From Spirogloea muscicola (taxonomy: Eukaryota), in contig WELB01000005.1 in NCBI GenBank assembly GCA_009602725.1, forward strand, positions 75,863 through 129,460: a DNA stretch of 53,598 bases, read 5' to 3'. How positions within the stretch are numbered: the first letter of the stretch is position 1; every line of letters starts with the position of its first letter. Shown here in pieces: positions 42,454-53,598 of the stretch. The notes under the pieces were generated by a model. That model had not been told where the DNA came from. It saw only the letters and a list, made by a program, of their open reading frames with translations, and searched no databases. Both the position numbers and the translations under genes were made by a program.

Positions 42454-45040
42454 CTAGGTGACAGCTGTATGGGCAAATGGGGACCCCGCAGGTGGGCTGA
42501 GTCCAAGCTGGCGCATGATCCGCTGTCGCCGCTCCTGGCGCTGGTTGAGGGCAGGCATCTTCTCCTGCACAGGTATAATCTCCTTTCAAAGACGTACACG
42601 CAAATTTCAACTTGTGACTTTCTCTCAGGTAAGGTGGAGACAGGAGCGATCTGTTTCGCTTATGTCCCAAACCTCGTGCTCAATGCTCGATGGCAGGTTG
42701 GCTTGCAAGCAGGAACCTGCTGACTGCCTAATCACCACCTGCCTCACCAGGAGGTTGGCTGGCTAAGCATGTAAAGATGCAAATTACCCTGAGTTGGGAA
42801 CAAGCACTCTACCTCTCTTGCAGCACCCTTCATCCAGCCCTTGCGTTTGCTGCGCTGGGAAATGGCGCCGACCCTATTACCCTCGTCGTGTTCACCAGTA
42901 GGATCTGCAGTCAGGCAAGCACCTCAGTATCTTACTTCCAAGCCCTGATCAGAAAGGCGATGCCGAGCCCCCTTGTCTTTGCCCAATCAACAGCGTCGCA
43001 TCTTTGTTGCACATCACATGGCATAGGAGCAGCATTCAGGTTTTCCCCCAACTGGATCAAAAGGGCGACTACCTTCACTATCGCCACCAATTGTCAGCAG
43101 CCCCGGCTGCAGTTCGTTGGAGGAATTGCCCTCCCACCTGCTCGGCAGTTTCCCCGTCTTTGAGAACTCAAGCGCCTGCATGACTGGTCAGACACCAGCT
43201 TGAGCACAGTGCCTGCCATGGTGCAGGAGTCGAGCAGGTTGCCAGATACACTGAAAACCCCCAAGAACCCCCAACAAGCAGCTTATGTGACCTGCACAGT
43301 TGGCACGTCTAAAATGACAGCTGAAAGGAAGTGGGCTAGTCCTTAAGAGCTGCAAAAGACTTGCAGTTACAGCGTGCATCTGGGAGATGCTGAGAGTCCA
43401 TCTATAGAGTTGGGTCTAAATACCTCGTCAATGCCGACTTGGAAGGACTTCTTCTTGCTCTTGCTCCTGTCAGCAAATTTCTGCGTTGCAGCAAGAGGCA
43501 TCAGGTGAACGACTGCTTGCTTTTCCACCACTGCGATAAGCTTCTTGTTATTTCTCTGAGATTGTGAGCCTTTCCTTAGTAATTGAAATTTGTGCAGATC
43601 TTTCTCATTTCTATTTAGGACTGATCTGGTTTGTTTCCGTGACAGAAAGCAGGCACAGAGTCAACAGACCCTAGTAGACACCCTGAAGTTCTAACCCTAA
43701 ATGCAAGCCACCAACTGACATGGCATCCGTATGCAGTGCTGGACAAGCGTCGAGGAAGTCTTTTAACAGCATATGCTGACAGTATGCTGAAGAGCTTCAC
43801 GTGAGGAGCTAAGACAAGTATGTGAGACTGACCACATGGAGCTCCGAGATGCAAGCCACAGCGTCCACCCAGGCACTGCAGGTCACAAAGTATGATGCTG
43901 AGACGGCAACCCAACACAGGACTTCACGACCACAAGACATAACAAGGAATTGGCCCGTTCACAAGACTTAGCAAAGTAGCAGCTGTCCGTAATTAGGCAT
44001 CTATGCTGGTAGTCCTGCCAATGAGTGACACTAAGCAAAGCGCAAGCAAAAGATGAACCTGTTCAACAGCACTACTCTCGCTCCGCAGCAGCTGCAGAAT
44101 GTTTCTGCCAGTAAGCAGAGCCTTGGCGTTCATGGGCCTCCAGAGGCCAGCTCTGAAGGCACTCACTAGTCATAGGTGCCGAAGAAACGAACAAGGACCT
44201 CCCTGTCGGAGGTCTGCTCCTTGCGCAGGCCCGCGTCAGCCATTGCTCCATCGACGACCTGGCCAACATGCATCTCGTCAGATTCTGACGGGGCTGGCAG
44301 TAGACACAAGGTAGACGAATCGGATGGGCTCGAGTTGGGCTTTGTGTGAACCATTCAATTCTCCCCGTTATTGTGGAACATCGAAGCTTGACATATGGAA
44401 GTATCGCCCAAAGCCCATCTCTTCACCATATCTACAACGACCATGCTCAATGTGGACGACTATCCAACCGCAGACTTACCAACTTCTCAAGAGTCACCTG
44501 AACCTGATCTGCACAGAAGTGCGTCCAACTTGCTTCCTCTGACGCGATGTCAGAGCAGGGCAGCTGATGGTAGCTGGGGCGCGCACCTGAGCCGGCCACC
44601 ACGGGAAGCGGCCCAGCTTCGCCCAGATGGCCTTGCCCACGAGGTCCCGGGCCTCCGCACTGCTCCCGTCGCTCCCATCTTTGGCCGCGGGCTGCGCTTT
44701 TGAGCGGGCCCTCAGCATCGCGTCATACCCAGTCTCGTCGGCCCTGCCAACGCCGCAAATGAGATTATCAATGGCAGCGGGCCAGCTTGAGCTTCCCAAG
44801 CCCCGCCGAGCCGGGCCATGGCGGCGCCGCCACAGCGCCCAGAAGCCTAAACCCCGAACCCTGAACCAACCTCTCCAGCTTGGCCTCCTCGCGAGCCCTG
44901 GCGGCGGCGAGCCGCGCCTTGACGCGCGCCGTCCCGCGGATGCCGTCGTCTGCCGGCGGCTTCACAGGCGGCGACGCCTCCGCCGCCGCCGCCGCTGCCA
45001 CCGCCGCCGCCGTCGCCGCCGCCGCCGCCGCCGCTGCAGC
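42454..45040 (-). CDS. Small PWWP-domain protein (8 exons; 5' end uncertain)
   Basis: Phase-consistent GT-AG exons: 44871-~45040, 44587-44743, 44167-44258, 43833-43875, 43424-43480, 43073-43175, 42813-42904, 42454-42564. Spliced domain: GKAIWAKLGRFPWWPAQVVD..VLVRFFGTYDYAWVD..KKKSFQVGIDEALEF. C-terminus: RRQRIMRQLGLSPPAGSPF..*. Confidence 0.85.
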
Positions 45041-45046
45041 TGCAGC

Positions 45047-45576
45047 TGTGTTCCAAACTGACTCCAAACCAGCAGACATCAGTTTGATATTTCTGAAAAT
45101 GAAAATCGTGGAAAACAGTCAGATGTTGTCAAAACAATGACAAAGAAGGAAGAAACTATGAAAGAGAAAAGGAGGTGAAAGTGTCATGGAAAATCTTAAT
45201 GTCGAGGACTCGAGGGCAGCCTCGAAGTCTCTTCTTGAGTCTCAGCAGTCTTGATATTTGACATCATAACGGAATTTGTCACTTATTATGGGACTTTGGC
45301 TTCTTCTGAAGTATTCCTTCTTATGGTGAAATACCCAATTTCAAGATGCAACAAATGAGAACATTCACTTATTCTAACAAAGAAGAAAGTCTACTTTCCA
45401 CATTGGTGAATAGATTAAATGTTAGGCTTGCTCGTATTTTGATCTGTGATTCTATTCTTGCAGCAAGACATTCTCTATCTCGTGCTACAACAGGAGGGAT
45501 GGGGTTCAGTGTGTGAGCTATTTGCCACGGCATGGCGAGAAGAAGAGTGCAGCGGCAGAGGAACCAAAAGCCTTCN
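45047..45576. other. AT-rich island bounded by a (GCC)n run and a single N; possible gap-filling artefact
   Basis: Abrupt switch from GC-rich (GCC)n to A/T-rich sequence at ~45047 and back at N45576, where GCC repeats resume. Confidence 0.55.
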
Positions 45577-45711
45577 CGCCGACGCCGCCGCCGCCGCCGC
45601 GGACCCCGACGCCGCCGCACCCGACCGACGGCGCGGCGACGCGCAGGCAATTGCATGACAGGGCCGTCGGTGGCGCCGTCCGCTGCCGCTGTGTCCTCGT
45701 GAGCTGGCTCA

Positions 45712-48700
45712 ATGTCGTGGATCAAGTCCGCATTCAACAAAGCGGCGGAGGCGGCCGGCGGCGCCGGCAAGGGCTCCGTACCTTCGTCGCTGTCTCGCGT
45801 CAGGCTGTACGCCGGGTCCGTCGTCCAGAACGCCGGGCACGCGGTCGCAGGCAGCGCAAAGATATTCCAGGAGCGCCTGGTGAGCATTTGCCACTTCCAC
45901 GACCGTGTGGCGATTACGGCCAATATCGTCGGGCGGGATTCTCTTCGCCAGTAGTTTAACATCTCCGATTGTGAATTTTTCATCAAAGAGCTCGTGACCG
46001 CCTGGAGTAGACCTTGTCATGCCGACGGCAGTGGAAGTCACTGTCGAGTTGCCTTAGGGGATGGCTATGGATGTACTGTCATAAATGCAATCTTCAATAC
46101 GGTCAACAGACTTCATGCTCTGTGCCCAACGTCAGTTCTGTTGACTTACTGATCACACTCGCACTTCATGCTAGTGAGCTGGCACTATAGTAGGTTGATG
46201 TTGGTGTCATCAGACAATTAACATGCTTCTACATCTATGGTTAGCAACCGTCTCTGCCTGCTTTGCTACATCAGCAAGCAAGGCAGCAGTGAGCTGTTTC
46301 AGTCACTAGCAGATCAGACAGGCTGCATAAGCTTGGAAGCTAATTGGCACCGCTCTTTTGTTGCATGAGTACTGCAGTCGGGCAAACATTACAACAACTT
46401 CAAGCATGCTGTGCGGAGGCTGGATGAAGTCTCACTGGCGACTCGAGGCGAAGAAAGACTGCAAGCCCTGACACGATGGTTGGGTGCTCTCAAGGATCTG
46501 GACAATGACGCCAAAGTTGCGGCATCAAAGCTTGAGAGGCAGAGTGCAGCCTCCAGAGAAGGGTCGCCGGGGTCCCCCACGGATCAAGAGCCGGTAGCCA
46601 AAGAGAGCAACGAAGTAGAAGCAGAAGAAGAGCTGCCTCCTACACCAAGCAAAGCTGCCTCTGTAAGCATGGCATTTCATGATCTTGCTGTCAATTTTGT
46701 TCACACGAGTAAGTCAGAGAAGAGGTCAGAATGACTATCTTGTCGCACTTGAAACTCTCTTGACATTGCCTGTAGCATTCTTCTTTACAATTGGTTGCGG
46801 CTGCATCTGCTTGTGGATTAGCAAGATGACTTGTGGGCTAGAAGCCTAACATCTGAAGACAGTAGATGCCATGGCCCAGAGGCCTTAGCCCACTTTGCCC
46901 ACAATCGTCTGAGGTGGTGAACCAGGTCCTCTTCTTTGACTCTGAGGTCTGCAGCGAGCCTCTCAGCTTCAGGGACCTATTTCTCCGCAGCAATGCTTTG
47001 GAAAACATCGTGACCTCATTGGTGAGGTCTTGGGCCCACCTCAATAAGCCGCCCCCCCCCCAGGAGAATGCTCTTTTGCCGCAAGAACAGTCCCTAGCTG
47101 TGAATAGCAAGTCATTTGACAAACTCTTAAGTAGTATTGAGCTTTGCTTGTGAATATCTTCGTCTCCATACCTTCTCTGCATCCACGAAATGCTGGAGAT
47201 TACTATCTGGGACAGCAACTCTTGCAGGTGGTGTACTTAACATACTGATCTATGAAAGACTGAGGTTCCAGGAAAAGCATCACATGGTCTGACTACTTGT
47301 GCATCTGAGCAGATATTGGATGCACCTGAAGATGAGGAAGTCTCGATTGTACTTGAGATGTTCTGGTAGGCATGTCTTCACTTCTTTGATATGCTTGCAC
47401 AGTATCTTCCTGCCTTGTGTGGAGACAGCGGGTATGCTTCCAATCAACACACTGTTGAGGCTCGATGCACGCATGCGGTGCTCCTGCATCAGGTTATGCC
47501 TCGCTGGAGGGCAAGAAGTACACAAGGCGATCATGAGTGGCATTCAGGATCTTTCGAAAGTGAATGCGGGGTACTCAGATGAGGTTTTGGTGAGTAAAGC
47601 GCCACTAATCTCTATGGCCTTCTCGAGTGGCTTGTACCGCATATTCTACGTCACGAAGGTAACAAACAAGCACTCTGTTGTTGCACACTTCAGTTTCGCT
47701 GTCTCTCAAGCATATGCGGGCTCATACTGGCCATGGAGTTACTGCTGGCAGATAACTCGTGAGGAGTTGCTGCATATGGCAAGGGATGTCGTGACGGGAC
47801 TGAAGCAAAACTCTGCAATCGAAAGGTTCTCTTTGCTAGCTCGGTGCCTGCCACAGACATCCTTGGTTGAATGACTCGCACACTTCCGAGCGCACACCTT
47901 ATGAGAGGCAGGCAAGTCAGAGGTCCACTCAGTCACGTGTTTTGTGGCATCAGGTTGAATGTAGAGATAGGCCGTCTGCAACAACACATGGATGAGAAGT
48001 TGGCCTCATTGCCAAGCGAGGCTATACCTCTGGCTAAGTCAACTGAATCTGAGGACCTCCCTGATACCTTGAAGGAGGTAGGGAATCTCTATGGCAGGAC
48101 TCTCAGCTTCTTCATCTGCAGAATGCATTGCTGAAATCTCCATGTCATCTGAGAGCTGATTTGCAATCCTTTACTGCCAATATGCGGCTCTGACTCACAC
48201 TTAAATTTGCGCTCAATATGTTGCTGATGGGCTGCAGGGATCTGCTTTGACTGAGGACATTTTGCACTTGGCATCTCGCTTGGGAGACTGCCTGCAGAAG
48301 AAGAAGGCTGAGCTTCACCAGGGTGATGACACAGAAACACGAAATGAGAAGGTGCGCTGGAGAAATGTCATATGCTTCACCTAAAAGAAGAGCATATTTG
48401 TCATGCATCATGCTCCTCCTGCACTGGTTACATCGACCCTGCTGAACGTTCTTGCTGTGTTGTGTCCTTCTGCAGGTCGAGAGGCTTAAGCAGCTGGCAG
48501 CCGAGCTCGCTGATGGAGCAGCCAAAATCAAGGCGAAGATATCAGAGAGCAGGTGAGCAAGCTTTCAAGCAATAGACGTAGACGCCGTGGGAATGACATG
48601 TTCCTTGCAAGCTGTGGAAGCCCATTCCATTTGTCCTTGTGGAGTCCTTGTAAGGTGCAGATCAGGCGAGGATGAAGCTTACAATTAGCGCCAAGTTTGT

Positions 48701-51024
48701 GCAGGCAACAGAAGTCAGATGCAATGGCATACCGGGTGACAAAGTCACAGGAGGTCGCAGAAGTTGAGAAGGTAGCAAATACAGAGGAAAAGAGTCCTTC
48801 GATCCCCATGTCAATCTGTTTAAGTTGCAGACTTTATGGTCTCCATAAGCAATCTCTTACGACTATGATAAGTGGCTGTCACAAGTCAGTCCTTTGACAT
48901 TGTTGGTTTGGCAGGTTATATTTCCCCCACTGCTCCTCCTGACCCTTTCTTTTCTGCTCTGTGCAGATCATTGCCGATGAAATGCAGACATTGGAAAAGC
49001 GAAGGGCAGAGCTAGAGGCTGAGCTTGTTGCAGTGACTGCAGCCATTGCCCAGGCAACCAAGCGGCACGTCAACATACAAGAAGAGAAGGAGCAGTTTGA
49101 CGAAGCCAGTAGCAACATTGTAGCCCACCTTACCATTCAGGTCAGAAATACATGTAGTCTTCATCCCAGTTCCCAGTTCCATATGCGACACTCTCATAAG
49201 TGGTGCAGACGTGTGTGCGTCAGATCAGTGAACCGTGGAATGCCGTCCTGTGAAAATGCAGGAGGAAGATGGCAGTCGGTCCATAGCAGCGCATACAACA
49301 GAAGTCAACGTGCTCAAAATGTGGCAAGACTTTTTGGAGGACACTTGGAAGTTACAGCAGTCCTGCATCAAAGAGAAGGAGCAAGAAACCATGTAAGTGA
49401 CAGCAGTGGTCACACTTGCAAGTGATCTGTATCCGCGTCTGGGGTGCAGCCGGCGCAGTACCTTGGCACAGCGGCACCAGTGGAACTTGTGTTTACCATC
49501 TATGATGTGGATGTTCTGCAGGGCTGCCATTGATTGCTCTCGGAAGAGCTTCTTCCAAATTGCTGCAAGTCACTTGAGATACCGCCAGGTACATTTTGCT
49601 ATCAGAATTTTGGAGAAGGAAGTATCTCAGTCGATGTCAGAAGACACATCAGCCATAGCAGCAACCTTGTCCCTTTCTCCTGCTGAATAGTGAGGCCTTC
49701 AGGAGATTTTGGTATCTAGTTGTTGGTTCGCTCATGCAGTGAGCTTGGGTGATCCTCACTACTTTTGCTTCTTATGCATCTGGTGCTGATGGCAGGAGGA
49801 ATTGTCCCAGCTACTTACCAAGCTGAAAGCTCGGCATGCAGGGCTAGTCGAATTGCAAGTCAAGAGGTAAGCCTCTCAACAGCCAGCTTCTAGGCGGCTT
49901 CTAGGCAGGGTCAGCCACCACAATCAAGCACCTAGTATGAAAATCGCATTCCGTCCTTCAAGTTTCAAGCTTTGTTACCCGAGTAGCTGGTTGCATGAGG
50001 AATGGATGAAAGTGGAACCACTGATAAGGGGGTTTCTAGTGCCACCTCGACGGCATTCTGCTTATCCTTGAAAGGCGTAGCATGCCTGCAGGGAGGAGCT
50101 GCAGGCATCTGGACAGGAGCCCGGTATAGTTGACGTTACAAGCAACCGCAGGAGGGTGGAGGAGAAATATGTGGACCTTGAGGGGCAGCTGAAGAGAGCC
50201 CTCGCCTCATTGAAGAAGATGAAGGCGGACGTGGAGACGTACTCTGCCAGCGAGCCTCAAGAGTAGGAGGATCATCTTGACTTCACAACTAAGAGTCCGA
50301 ACACTTCATCATTGCGGGCAAGCATTCAAGTGGGTGTGGCTGATCCCTTGAGATGTCTTCTTGTTGAGGGACACCTCTCTCCTAATCCACACATTCATGG
50401 GCTTTCTGCTGCAGAGGTCCCGAGAAGGAACTTCAGCACCAGGTGGTGGAAGCTCTGGCCAGTATGGACGCCCTTTGTGCAGACTTTGAGGGCTTGCCAC
50501 GTCCAGCGCTGCAAATTGAGCAGCCTGTTGTGCGGGTGAAGAAGCACTTTGTCAAGTCGTCCGAGAGCTGGGGGGGGGGCAGCAGCAGGCCCGACCCTCC
50601 CAGTATGCAGAGGGACTCCGCCGCAGCGGCAATGGGCAAGGATGATGGTGCGGCGGCCGGCTCCATGGAGGGTACCGCAGTAGTCGAGGACTTAGGGCTG
50701 CCTCAGGCGGCAGACGGGGAGCAGCAGTCACTGCCTCGGGCCTCTGCCGGCGAAGGACCAGTTGAGGATGCACAAGCGGCGCTTGGTGGAGCCGGCCAAG
50801 ACGAGGATGGATGGGAGCTGGATGATGCCGACGACAGAGCTTCCACTGCCCCCCACAGCTCTGATGACTTTAGCAGCACACTGGACTCGACGCCGAGCGC
50901 TGAGCAGAATGAGGTCACTAATGGCGACAAGACCGCCAAACGGAGCTCCAGCTTTGTGCAACCAGACGGCCACGTGGGCAAGGGCTCGAGGGCGCCAGTG
51001 AAGCAGCTGCCTCCGCAGCGCTGA
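45712..51024 (+). CDS. Conserved plant coiled-coil protein of unknown function (MSW..AVNKA-type N-terminus), 16 exons
   Basis: Exons: 45712-45879, 46378-46662, 46926-47021, 47313-47365, 47493-47589, 47752-47825, 47954-48077, 48238-48351, 48476-48552, 48705-48771, 48967-49140, 49262-49392, 49522-49588, 49796-49866, 50092-50262, 50415-51024. Motifs recalled from an uncharacterised land-plant family: MSWIKSAFNKA, YAGSVVQNAGHAVAGSAKIFQERL, GEERLQALTRWL, EPLSFRDLFLRSNALE, CLAGGQEVHKAIM, EEKEQFDEASSNIVAHL, acidic DGWELD tail. Confidence 0.87.
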
Positions 51025-51505
51025 TGCTTAGCAAATGTGTCGGGCATTCAGGGCAGTCATGCGCCACTTCTGCACTACACAGCGGCAGGTGATCGCCACC
51101 TGATTGCCTGTGAGCGGTGTGGCTGCCCGTTGGTGGGCCACTTTCTTGATTCTGCCCATCGTTATAGGAGCGACTGCCAGCAGGCGCTTGTCAAGCAGGC
51201 ACTCATTACGATGAGCGCTCTGGTCAGCGGCTTTGTTCGGTTTTCCTTACTGGTGAGATGCGACTATTGGTGCGACATCATCACCACACAGTCCTCGCAC
51301 ACGTGCCAAATGTACAGACTGTGGCAGACACCACATGCAAGTGCCGGTAGGATCACCTCTAACATGCGCTACCAGCCACACCAAGGCCACTGCACGATGT
51401 TGACCGGCCTGCCAGGCCCTGCCTGCAAAAGTGCGATGTGGACAAGGGGCAGGAGCCTTGCTTCTGCGGCATGTCGGACGCTGCTATTTGACACTAAGAG
51501 TCCCT

Positions 51506-53497
51506 TTACTCCTCCGCGCGGGCTGAAAAGCAGGCGAAGCACCCTGCGCCACTACGTGCCTGCACGGTGATGCCAGCGGACGCAGGCTTGTTAGATGAAC
51601 AGGCCATCTGGAAGCATGACGCGGAGGTTCTTCAGGGAAGAGCGGCTGTGGCGAAGCAGCTGGAGGCTGGCAGAATAGCTGAAGGCAGAGGCCAGGCACT
51701 CACTGGCTGCTTTCTGGGCTTGTCTGCCATAGGGTTGGTGCTTAAGCTCCGACTTTCGCCGAGGAAGATGGGGAGCGATTGCGACGCGCCCTTGCGGTAG
51801 GTGCTAAAGGCCGCCGAGTACGAGTCGGCTTCGCTGGGGTTGTCATCCCACTGCCCAAAGGCTGGGAGCCCAGCCTCCTTCTGGACCTTCGCATCACCAC
51901 CGAGGAGAAGAGAGTGGGGGGGGGGGAGACAGAAAGAGAGAGGGAGGGAGGTCATTGAAAGCAAGCCAATGACAGCTCTACGGTTACGAAGGGGCTTAGC
52001 AAACGATCGAGCTGGTTGGTCCAACAAGGGCGGTGGCGATGGCGGCTGCGGCAAGGGTGGCGGTGCTCACTGGTCGTGGTGGCAGCGGGACAGGGAGGTG
52101 GCCGGCCTTTATGGCGTAGTCGCGCAGGGCGGCGAGGTCAACAACCGAAACCTTTATGTCACGAGTCTTGTCCTCCGGCAGCGCCAGCGGCTGCTCCCGC
52201 TGCGACGCCTTCCTCGTCAGGACTGCCCGTACGTTGCCGCCGGCGGCGCGGCGCCGGGGCTCCTGGCCCGAGGCCGACCGATGGGTAGCCCGCCGATCGT
52301 GCTGCCGCTGCTGGTCAGCGCCCTCGTCGTCACGCCGCGCTGCTGCCGGCTGCTCCAGCCAGCTATCTGTGCCGGTGCCACTGCCAAGCACATGCATCGT
52401 GTGCAGCCGCCGCAACGTGCGCTCCTGCCGGCCATCCTCGTCGCCGCTGTCTGGCCCAACTGCCGCAGCCTTGGGCTTGGGCCACGGCGCCGACGGCGCC
52501 ACCGCTTTGGCATTTGTCACGCAGACGTCGGGCGTGTCGGCAGTGCTGCCGCAGCCGCCGGCTCTGAAACGCTGCTTCGACGGCTTCCGCTGCAGCCTCG
52601 GCTGCATCCTGCCCTGCGCCAGTGGCAGCGGCCCTGACGACATGGTCCGGTGGAGGCGCCGCGCCGCCAGAGCCGTTGCCACCGGGCTGCCGCTGTCGTC
52701 CTCCCTGGGTGATGGCGGCGAGAGGTCTCTGTGCTCCACGCACACAACGCGCTTCTCTACCTCTCTTTCGCTCCCCGAGTCGTCGACAACATCGCCATTG
52801 CGGACATTGCCGCCACCCGCCGCAGCGGCAGCCGCCTGCGGCAGCGAGAGCTGGTGCTGCAGACGGAGGCGGCTCTCCTCCATGCTGCGCGCCCACAGCT
52901 CGTCGACTGTCCGCGGCACCGCTCGCCGGCCGTCCTCGCCGCCGCTGCTGGCGCTGCTGCCGTTGCTCGACGGCGGCGAGCCGCCGCGCCGCTGGTGCGG
53001 ATAGCTGCAGCTCGTCACCCGCATCAGCCGCGGTGCGCCGCCGCCGCCACTAGCGCCGCCGCCGCCAGCCGCTGCCGATAGGTTTGCTGGCGTCGCTGCG
53101 GCCATCACAGCTTCCCTATCGGGGGTTGCCGGGGGCGGAGGCCCCGGAGCGCCAGTGGCTGCCAGCACCCGCGATGCGGAGCTCACGAGGCTGCCAGCCA
53201 GCGGCTTCACCAGCGGGCTCCGGCCTTTGGCCGTCCTGGCGCCGCCGTTGCCGCGCTGTCCCTCGCCGCCCTGCCAGCCGCCGGTGTCATCCGTGAGTCA
53301 GGAGACTGCTGCGGCGGCTGCAAAGGTGCACAATGATTGGCGATAACTCCTAACTACAGGCATTGGAGCGGCAGCCGCACCTTGGAATTGAGCGGGAGGC
53401 CGTTGTGATCAAAGCGCGCACGGTCGAAGACGAGGCTGTACGCCAGGTGGTCGTTTGGGTCCCACTGCCCGAACTTGGGCACGTGCTTCGCCGGCGG
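51506..53497 (-). CDS. RIN4: RIN4-like NOI protein with two NOI/AvrRpt2-cleavage motifs and a C-terminal Cys motif (first exon outside window)
   Basis: Exon 53381-53497: HVPKFGQWDPNDHLAYSLVFDRAR. Exon 52071-53270: ~400-aa low-complexity segment. Exon 51704-51880: GLPAFGQWDDNPSEADSYSAAFSTYRK. Exon 51506-51559: ARSGAGCFACFSARAEE*. All junctions are GT-AG, phase 0. Confidence 0.82.
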
Positions 53498-53598
53498 CTG
53501 CAGGAGCAGAGAGAGTGGGGTGTAAGCACAGTTGAGGCTCCGGGCGGCGGGTGGCAGAGGAGGAGGGAGGTCGAAAGGGGGGGGGGGAGCGGAGAGGG

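Noticed and set aside
44166..44168. Apparent premature stop in the PWWP domain (FFGTYD*)
   Set aside because: TA|GTGAGT is a splice donor; the next exon completes Tyr and continues AWVD.
45050..45079. ATG at 45079 as the PWWP start codon
   Set aside because: Lies inside the suspect AT-rich island, so it is not trusted.

Overview
Intron-rich eukaryotic genomic DNA with very GC-rich gene 5' ends. The gene content is land-plant-like, so this is most likely a streptophyte green alga (inference). Spliced models read by hand, in order: a tiny single-TM ORF (+); a GYP1/TBC1D22 RabGAP (-); a HAD-IG 5'-nucleotidase with two GC-AG introns (+); a 29-exon REC/TSS (CLU-family TPR) gene (-); an ABCC/MRP transporter with no visible TMD0 (-); a small PWWP protein (-); a plant-type coiled-coil protein (+); and a RIN4-like two-NOI gene (-, 5' end outside the window). 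The most unusual feature is two intergenic piles (24.3-27.9 kb and 39.7-41.3 kb) of 5'-truncated 3' ends from a restriction-like-endonuclease (RLE, CRE-like) non-LTR retrotransposon group. The copies belong to several subfamilies and lie in both orientations. They share an ORF C-terminus (SDLxxLTRGY*), a GGGCTG-loop-CAGCCC hairpin and pyrimidine-rich (non-polyA) tails. One copy is nested inside another with an 11/12-bp target-site duplication. Assembly caveats: a 536-N gap, single Ns at 23527, 39370 and 45576, and a suspicious AT-rich island at about 45.05-45.58 kb.
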